A DNA stretch of 63,088 nucleotides, counting the filler, from Hyphochytrium catenoides (lineage: Eukaryota; Protista; Hyphochytriomycota): the NCBI GenBank assembly GCA_900088475.1. It is 16 parts of 16 records of this genome, joined end to end, with 100 filler letters (N's around TTAATTAATTAA, not from the genome) between each part and the next. Parts side by side here need not be neighbours in the genome. Positions count along the whole stretch, not along the records: positions 44,735 to 56,466 come from FLMG01000630.1; positions 56,567 to 59,937 come from FLMG01000579.1; positions 60,038 to 63,088 come from FLMG01004605.1; 13 more parts are not named here. One strand, given 5' to 3'. Shown here piece by piece: positions 54,699-63,088 of this stretch; position 1 is the first letter of the stretch; the number at the start of each line of letters is the position of its first letter. A model generated the notes under the pieces. It did not search any database, was not told the origin of the DNA, and saw only the letters and a program-made list of their open reading frames with translations. A program made the position numbers and the translations under genes.

Positions 54699-55819
54699 CA
54701 CCGAGAGAGAGAGAGAGAGATTGGATTTCTCTTCTATTACGCCTCTCTTTTCTCTTTATATACAAAGAAAGAGTGGCGGAAAGAGAGAACAGGTGATGTG
54801 TCTCTCTTCTCTGCCTTCCTCAATATTTAATATATAGATAGATGTCCAGAATTCCTTTATTCTGTCTCTTCACAGGAAGACAAAGAGGGAAAAGATTATA
54901 GCCCATTTCTCTCTCTCTCTCTCTCGTTTCTGGCTCTTAAGCGCCATCCTTAAAATGAGTAAACAGCATTTAGCATGTGTCTCTCTCTCTTTCTCTCCCT
55001 GTCGTGTCCATTCGGTCCTCTGCTGTTCAGTCCATCTTTTGTTGGATCGCACGAGCAGGGAGACAGCAGGCAGATTGAAGAGACAGAAGAAGATAAAGCA
55101 AGAGAAGAAAGAGAGAGAGATTGAGGGACGGGGCGGACGGCAAGACGAGAGAAAGAGAGAATCCGTGTGAGAGTGTTTAATGAAATAGGAGGAGAAAGCT
55201 AGAGAGTAAAGCGGAAAGGCCGAGAGATACAGCGAGCGTGAGAGCGAGAGAGAGAATGTGCGTGCGAGGGCTAGTGCATGGGAGGAGAGAGGAAGTGTGT
55301 GAGAGAGACACTAACAGGAGGGAGAGACCGCATCGATCGTTATAATCTATTGGAAGTCAATAGTAGGACACCCTCCGTGTCAAAGAGATAGCGATTGTGA
55401 GAGAGAGATGCGGAGAGAGAGAGAGAGAGAGGAGAGAGAGATACGGACGAGCACTTCCAAAGGGTAAAGAAAGGGAAGAACACCTAGAGGGAGATGAAGG
55501 AAAGAATAAAGGCGAGAGAGGCAGAGAGAAAAGAAACATCTAAAAGAAGAGTCTATTCAATAAGAAAGAAAAGCGCTCTCGGAGGAAGAGCCTTTGCCTC
55601 ATCCCTTGGACGATGGAAGAGGAGAGACTGTGCGAGAGAGAAAAACCTGTTCGAGTGGAAGAAAGGAGAGACTGGAAAGGGGAGAAGGAGGGAGAATCTG
55701 ACCCAAAGCACGGTCAGTCCTACATAGAAAACTGATAGACAGATACTGACCGAAAGAGAGAGAGATCGTGTGTATGTGTATAAGAGAAACAGAGAGAGAG
55801 AGATAAACAGAGAGAGAAG

Positions 55820-56378
55820 TTAGGAAGAAAGAGAGTGTGTCTTCTGGGGCTTTTTCTCTGGATCCCTGGCGACGACCATGGGCTGGTCAAAGGTGTAGGA
55901 GGCAAAGGTGATACGGTTCTCGAGGCTGAAGACATAATAGCCGCGAGTCAGGATCTCCATCACCACTTTCTTCCTCTTTCTCTTCCCTTCTCCCGCTCCT
56001 TGTCCCTCTCTTCTTTCTCTCTCTTCTTTGTCTTCCCTTCCTTCTGCTCTGTCTCCTCTCTCTCTTCCCATTGTTGGGAAGGAGAGAGAGCTGGCGGCGC
56101 TCGTGTCCTTCTCTCTTTTGCTGGTTCTCATTGGACGATGCTTTCTCTCTTCTTCATTGAAAGCTTCTTCTACTCTCTCTTCCGGTGCTTCTCCTCTCTC
56201 CTCTTTTGCTCTTTCTCTCTCTTCTTCTTCCTCTCTCTCTCTTTCTTCTTCTTGGTCGTCCAGCATGACTTCAAAAACGCTCTGTCCAACGAAACGATCG
56301 CCTCTCGGGTCCAAACTATGGAACTTTGCATTCTTCCATCGGACTCTGCCGCCTCCATGGCGAGAGAGAAGATCTTCC
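55820..56378 (-). CDS. Last exon of a paralog of the 52335 gene (5' part beyond the scaffold end)
   Basis: EDLLSRHG...WKNAKFHSLDPRGDR...RGYYVFSLENRITFASYTFDQP versus ADLLSRHG...WKETKFHSLDPRGDR...RALYVFSAENRVTFLSYTFQQP; same intron position and phase. Confidence 0.8.
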
Positions 56379-56566
56379 CTGCAGAGGCAAAGTGAGCAAA
56401 GTGGAGCAAATGATAATCGGGTTTGGAGGGACAAGAGAGAGGGAGAGAGAGGGGGAGAGAGAGAGANNNNNNNNNNNNNNNNNNNNNNNNNNNNNNNNNN
56501 NNNNNNNNNNTTAATTAATTAANNNNNNNNNNNNNNNNNNNNNNNNNNNNNNNNNNNNNNNNNNNN

Positions 56567-59500
56567 CAACGTGTACGATGTCTCTGGCAGAGGGGTGCGG
56601 ATGCAACTTCCACCATGTATAGAGTATTTCGCTTTTCTTCACCTCAACAGAGCGGCAATGTCAAAGCCAGGTTCGAAGGGCAGCGTAGAAACCTCTTTTA
56701 CGGCAAATCGATCATTTTGCTACTCAGAGTCACAGAGCCGCGCTGAAAGGGCAGGCGAGGAATCTGGGAGGATGGGTCAGAGGGTAGAAAAACTAGTGGA
56801 ACGGTGTAACCCCATCGGTAGAGAGGAAGAGAGCTAGGTTCCATTTGTTGTACACATTCTCGGCATATTGTGGCTCCAGAAAGTGAGTCTTCCAGCCATC
56901 CGAGCAATAGATATCATGCATCGGTCGCTCTAGTTCGTCAGTCTCCTCATTGTTAGCGGTACAGAAGAGGAAGTGCTTCTCATGATGGTCGAGTCTAGCA
57001 GTTACCTCACCATCTGCTAGTAGCAACCTGATCAATGCGATCAAGGAAAAATAGGAGGCTCGTGCAGCCGGGACCGTCCTTGGTCTCTTTTTGCCTACTG
57101 TCTTGAATCGGTTTGCTCCACAATTGGGACAAGACTGTGATTGCGCATACTGGCCCCAGCAGAGGACGCAGTTATTGGGACAACAATCTACGGCCAAGCA
57201 AGAAACAGGCAAGTGAACCTTTGTAGCAGTAATACGAGAGGCACAGGGAAGGAAGGGGCGAAGGGAAGGGATAGAGGACTATAGAGAAGAGAGCAAGAAA
57301 AGTGGCTGGAGACCTCCGTAAAGAGATTGAGAAGAGAGACAGACGGCGGGTCCACGAGCTTGAGTGGACAAAAGATAGGGAGCAAAGGCAGTTCTGAGCA
57401 GCACACCTACCAAAGGAGACAGGAATGGCTCCCATGGAGCGTGCGAACTTCAATACCTCACCGTAGGTATCACCGCCATCGCCTCCATCACTCTCTTGCG
57501 CAGCGCCAGATTCCTCGCCTGCCCTTTCAGCGCGGCTCTGTGACTCTGAGTAGCAAAATGATCGATTTGCCATAAAAGAGGTTTCTACGCTGCCCTTCGA
57601 ACCTGGCTTTGACATTGCCGCTCTGTTGAGGTGAAGAAAAGCGAAATACTCTATGGCGCTCAGATGATGGCTTCCACCCAGACTTTTGCCCAATTTGGAG
57701 TTCTTGAATGCCTCTGAATTACACTTGTCCTCTACGCTTATGGACGCTCTCTCCCACCATTTGCCTGCAGTCACCTGCTCCATGCCCGCTGTATTGTGAG
57801 TCCTCCCACCATGCTGGTCATCGTCGTCATCCGAGGACAGTTCGCCTTCTTGCCAGACTGCCTCGTCAATCAATCCTTCTCGCGTTTGATATGCCTCCTC
57901 TTCCTCGTCTTCGTCCAAACCATAGCCTTGAGAACTCTGAACTAGCTCCACATAATCCTCCTCACTGATGCTTTCCAGCACTTCACGCCTTGTCCGGAGG
58001 TAACGTCCACTTGGGGACTTGTACCTTCCATTGGAGAAGGACCAACCTTTTCGCAGCAGGATGTGCCACCACTACTGCTGATCAAATGCAAGCACTGACA
58101 GCCTTCTGGTCCTAGAAGGACCTTCTCCCTCGTCAGTATCCCCGGTGCTTCCGTCGCTAACTTCACGTTTGCAGTATATGTTAGTCATTCACCATCTTGT
58201 AGCGAGTAAGCCTTTTAACCTACCTCTTGCTTCTCGATGATAAAGGGAATGTCTGTTGTTGGCAGTCAAACCCCCATTGTGAGGACCCGGCGCAGCAGTT
58301 GCGTCACATTCTTCTTCTATCCCTTCCTCTAGTCCTCCTTGGTCAACAGGAGCGTCGAACCTCTCCTTGGTGATAAGCAGAGAGTGGCGAAGTTTTATGA
58401 GTTTGTCCTCAACAATACTCATCACAACCTTACCGCTGTGGCTGGATTATAATCTCCATGAGGGAGCTCTGGGCCTTCTCTTACAGAGGAGGGCTCATTA
58501 GGTACTGGCGGCCTGTTGTCGTTCTGGCCGGTAGCTGACACGCCTGTAAAATTGGGACTGGGAGAGCTGAAACAGAAAGCAGAAGAGTCTCCCTGAGCTC
58601 CATGAAAGCTTGTTCCTAAGATGTCTATAGCTTCCTCTTCTTTATCCTCTTCAGTCGTCGAACAGGGGCGTGGAGTGGTGCTGGTGGTGCCAGTATTTGA
58701 TGAAGAATGCCCATGTGTGGATGTCTCCTCATTATCCTGGCTAAGACAGGCCGGTTTGACCTCCCCGAAGGTCTCTCGGTGTTTCCCATAGTGATAATAA
58801 GGGACGTATAGCCCTTTTGGGTCGGCTTCGACACATTTCTGATGAACAGGCAGTGCATTAGTAGTAGTGCCAAATCCTGCTATTATGCTCGATGATGTGC
58901 AAATAGCTGCTAAATTACCCATCATGCACTACGAAGATGTTGCTTCTAACCCTCCCCCAGTGTCCTTGGATCGACCTCGAGTATCGTCTCCTTCCTACGA
59001 CGGCACATACCCAGCAGTAGCAGATCGTGTGTGTCCCTCGTCTCGGATTATCTCTAAGAAAACTCTTTCGATGAGACTCCCAGTTATAGTAGTGTTGCTG
59101 CTTCCGCGCCCGCTTATTGGGCTGCTGATAAATGTCGTCACTGGCAGCGTTGTTCATAATCAAGTTTGCAACCTGCAGTAGGCCGCCCGGAATCCGGAAA
59201 TCTCTTTTTCACTCTCTCGATTCGAGCGGCGGCCGTCCGAGCGGCACAATTAGGAGGAGAAGGAAATGCAAGTGACTCTGCCATCACCGTTTCTGCTGGC
59301 TCTGACACAGAAAGAAGCCAGCAAAAGGTAGTGTAATCTAATGGTGCTTCTCCTTCCTCCTTCTAATCGTCGTAGTAGCAGTAGCATCAATCATCATCAG
59401 GGTTCTACTGTTTTACTTGGACAGCAGGGCAAAATCGTTGGGAAGACCAACTTCCCAATTATCAGAGTGGATCAGGCAGGAGAAAAGGAATGTCACAACA

Positions 59501-59825
59501 CCCTTCCCTGTTCCGCCTGCCTCTTCATCACCAGGCGAACCCCAGGACTTAAGCCACCCTCACATTTACTCCAGGACAGAAGGGAGCAGCTCTGATGAAA
59601 GCAGAGGAGCAATAAGGTCCACAACCCCCGAAGTACACCATATTACCCCAAAATTACACCAATTGACACCTGAATTACTCCTGACAAACTTCTAACCACG
59701 GGTTTACAAAAAACTGTTCCAGGGTTTTGTAAGGGCTCCTGCACGCTCATGGGGAAGAATACCGCAAACTACCCAGCGAATACCCCCAAATGACCCCTGA
59801 AATACCCCATGGTCATGTTACAGTG
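56567..59825 (-). mobile_element. Decayed CACTA/EnSpm transposon (Tnp2/Transposase_21-like)
   Basis: CPNNCVL...CPNCGANRFK, YFSL, MHDIYCSDGWK, NLALFLSTDGVTPF (56793-57212); CYCWVC...IQGHW N-terminal motif (about 58960-59030); terminus CACTGTAACATG at 59825 with subterminal ACCCC repeats. Confidence 0.8.
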
Positions 59826-60037
59826 TGCTCGTTTAGCCTTCCGTGCACGAGCAGTGAGTAGGCTCTGCCGAAACTGGCGCTGAAGATAAGTGATATAATC
59901 AGCTGTAGAGCGAAACTTGGAGCGCATCGTGGACTCANNNNNNNNNNNNNNNNNNNNNNNNNNNNNNNNNNNNNNNNNNNNTTAATTAATTAANNNNNNN
60001 NNNNNNNNNNNNNNNNNNNNNNNNNNNNNNNNNNNNN

Positions 60038-61039
60038 GGAAGGTCATCATGATGAAAGGTTCCAGACAGGAACCTCCTTTGACCTGGTGAGCTCTTGGTG
60101 AAAGAAGATATCCTTTCCTCTCTTGCAGCTACCCTGTCATTCTCTCTCTTTCTCCGTCTCTCTCTTGACTACTCTCTCTCTCCATGTCTCAACCATTTTC
60201 TCGTTCTCTTCTCTCTTGCTCTCCCCGCTCTTTGCCTATTCTTGGCCGTTCAGTCTTTTCTAACCGCAGCTCAGCAATCTCTGGCCTTACTCTCTCTCTT
60301 CCCTTACCGCGTCTCGCTCGTCGCTCTTTCTCTTTCTCTCCCTTTTGGCTTTTCTATTTACACTTTCTCTGTGCTTTCTTTTCTCTTCTTTTCCTGCCTT
60401 TCTTACGTTATGATCTCCTTCTCCCCTCTGCCCCTGGGGTACCAGGAATATACCGATGGCACATTCTGTGAGGAAAGCCAGGGCCCGCGGAGCATCACTG
60501 TGAAGATTATCTGCGGCAAGGCCAACAACATCCTAACAGTTGAGGAGGTGAGGGGAAAGATGAGACGGAAGAAGAGAGAGAAAGAGAGAGAGACCTTCAG
60601 ACGGCCCAAACGAAGGACAAACGAGAGGGAACAGAGTTGATGGGGAAAGCAACGGAAGTGTTCTACCGTCTCCTGGGCTTTTCACTTATGTCCTTGATCT
60701 TCAGCTTTTCTCCTCTTCTACTCTAACCTACTTCCGCTATCCTATAGTCTCTCTCTCTCTCTTTTTCTCTCTCTCTCTGCGTCCTATAATCTCTCTCTCT
60801 CTCTGCCTCTCTTTCTCTCTTCACTCTCCGTCTGTCTCTCTCTTTCGTTAATCTTCTTCTTTCCTCCTTTTTCTCTCTCTCCCCCATGTCAGGACCGCAC
60901 CTGCCACTATACGATGGTCTTTTCTACGCCCGCACTCTGCCATCACAAAGAGTTCCGCGTGACAAAGGCTCCCACGCCTAAGATTATCTGTGACGTTAGC
61001 CCACAGGACCAGAACGAGAAGCACGCAGAAATAGAATAA
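60038..61039 (+). CDS. OS-9/PRKCSH-family MRH lectin domain, 3' part; join(<60038..60086,60446..60547,60893..61039)
   Basis: EYTDGTFCEESQGPRSITVKIICG...ILTVEE|DRTCHYTMVFSTPALC fits the MRH pattern Y.DG..C....PRS..V...C...E..TC.Y.....TP.LC; phase-0 GT-AG introns. Confidence 0.85.
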
Positions 61040-61996
61040 GAAAATTGAGAGGGAGATCCGAAGGACAGGAGGCCAAGAGAGGATCAAGACGGAGGAGGGA
61101 GCCGTAGAAAAGAGAGAGAAAGGAAAGGAAAGAGATAAAAAGAAGGAAAGGAGGAGAGACGAAGAGCTGCAATTAAGCTTTTGGACGGAGAAGAGACTTC
61201 CTCTCTCTCTTGGTTTCTCTTGGCTCTCTTATCCTTTCTATGTGATGCTAACATGAGAAGCGCCATCAATACACAGAGATCGCCCTTGCCTTTTCTCATC
61301 CCGATCTTCCTTCAGCTGCTGCCGCTTGCCTTGTGGCCGTCACTCTCTGTCTTCTCCTCTGCATCGCTCGTTGGCCCTCTCTCTCTCTCCTAGTTCTTCT
61401 CTCTCTCTCCTACTTCTTCTCTCTCTCTCTTCTTTGTCATCCTAGTCTACTCTGTCCTTCCTTCTCTATGCTTTCCCCTCTCTGTCTCATTCATTTTCTC
61501 CACACCTCTCTCTCTTTAATCCTTCCATCTCTCTCTCCTCTCTCTCTCTCCCTCTCTCTCTCTGTCTCTCTCTCTGTCTCCCTAACATTCCACATGTTGG
61601 GGGCTGTATATCGGTCACATCATCATACCCAAAGATATTCCGCCTTAGCCGGTAACGGCCCCTCCAGTAAATTATCGTTACTAGAAGCTACCGTCTTTGG
61701 GCCTTGGTTCTTACCTTATCCTTCGCCGATCTAAACGACATGATTCATAGTTAGCCTGAATTTTGTATTGCAAAAACTTCTAATTCCTACTGAGCGGAGA
61801 TCTCTCATCAGTGTCTCTCGTTCTCTCTCTCTCTCTCTTTCTCTCTCACTTACGGAGCTCTCTGTTCCCTTCTCCCTTTCTCTCTCTCTCTCTCTCTCTC
61901 CTCCCCTCTCCCTGTTCTATCTCTCTTCTCTCTCTCTTCTTTCATTGGCACGATTTGTCCCGTCTGGATGATGGCACTGCTCTTCTTTCTCTCTAG

Positions 61997-62672
61997 CCGA
62001 CAGATAGCACAAGCCTCCGATTGAAAAGAGAGTCGCGCCTGAGGGGAAGAAACAAGAGAGAAAGAGAGAGCGAGAAGAGAGAGAGAGAGAAAAAGAGACG
62101 AAGCAGAGATAGAGAACAGTTAATAGGCGAGGGAGGAGGTGGAGACAACAGGACAAGAGTGGCACGCAGCAGGGAGAAGAGGGAGAAGAGAGATGCAGGA
62201 CGGTGGCCAAGAAGAGGGAAAGAAGGCAGAGACGCACTCTGAGGAGGAAACCTTCAACCAAGAAGAGTATCAAAAGTACCTCCGCTCCTTCCATCAGTAT
62301 GACACCAGTAAGGGCGCGCTTCTCCCGTTAGCTCTGTGTCATTCTGCCTCCTCTTGCTTCCGTGATTCAGCAGCTCTCTCTCGCTCTCTCTCTCTCACAC
62401 ACTTCTCTTTCTCTTTTCTTCTCTCTTCCTCCCTACCCGTTTCTCTCTCTCGCTTCCCCTCTCCGTCCCCGTCATCGTTCTTCAACGACAGTTTGCCTTT
62501 CACCTACCTCAGTCAATCCTCTCACACTTCTCTTTCTCCCTGCCGCCCCCCCCCNGCGAGAGAGACAAAGAAGGAGAAGAAGCTTCGAATCTTTTTCTCT
62601 GATAAGCTGAGAGATACGCTGAAGGTGATAAGACCGCCAGGAAACCAGAGAGAGGCAGAGAAAGAGAAGTAG
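61997..62672 (+). CDS. Possible small spliced gene, unknown product
   Basis: Coding-like segments EETFNQEEYQKYLRSFHQYDT (donor GTAAG near 62308) and ETKKEKKLRIFFSDKLRDTLKVIRPP* separated by a CT-rich intron-like stretch; start unclear. Confidence 0.35.
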
Positions 62673-63088
62673 GAGAGACCTCCCGGAGAATAGGGAAGGG
62701 AGAAAAAGAGAATAGAAAAAGGAGGAAAGAGAGCGGCGGTATTGAGGGATATGCGATATCAAAGACATGCGGCCAAAGTGAGAGGAAGATATCCTCGAGA
62801 ACAAATATAACTATTGACCGCTTGGACAACAGGAGAGAGAGAGGAAGGGAAGGAGAGAGGAAGAGATCACTGAAAAAGAGAGAGAGAGAGCAGGAAGCCA
62901 AGAGAGAGTCGAGAGAAGGAAGGAACGAGAGGGTCGAGAGAAGACCGCTAATGGGCAGAAGAAGGAAGCAGACTCCCTCCTCCATTTGGTCCGTCCTTTG
63001 ACCCTATTGTGGCCTGCCTGTCTGCTTACTCTCTTTCTCCTCTCTCTCCACCCTCTTGCTCTTCTCTTTGTTCTCTCTCTCTCTCTCT

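Overview
Eukaryotic DNA from a fragmented draft assembly: 16 short scaffolds are joined by an artificial 100-bp linker (44 N, TTAATTAATTAA, 44 N), so adjacency across a linker is not biological. The genome is saturated with (AG)n/(CT)n microsatellite, which produces most of the poly-ER/poly-SL ORFs in the track. Gene content suggests an oomycete-like stramenopile, but that is an inference. Spliced genes reconstructed by hand from GT-AG introns and frame continuity: a secreted 371-aa Gly/Ser/Ala/Gln repeat protein with KR-NLR (RxLR) after the signal peptide; a Chlamydia-type tRNA-guanine transglycosylase; an internally duplicated multipass membrane protein; the 3' half of MTHFR with an extra coiled-coil tail; a multipass-TM plus RGS fusion; a convergent paralog pair with a bZIP-like and an NTF2-like region; and an OS-9-like MRH lectin fragment. 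There is also an intronless bacterial-like GT1 glycosyltransferase. The rest is mostly decayed transposons (nested Copia, a CACTA/EnSpm element, a hAT end, a MITE, tRNA-like SINE heads) with hints of CAG/CTG-context C-to-T mutation. All family calls come from motif recognition; no database search was run.
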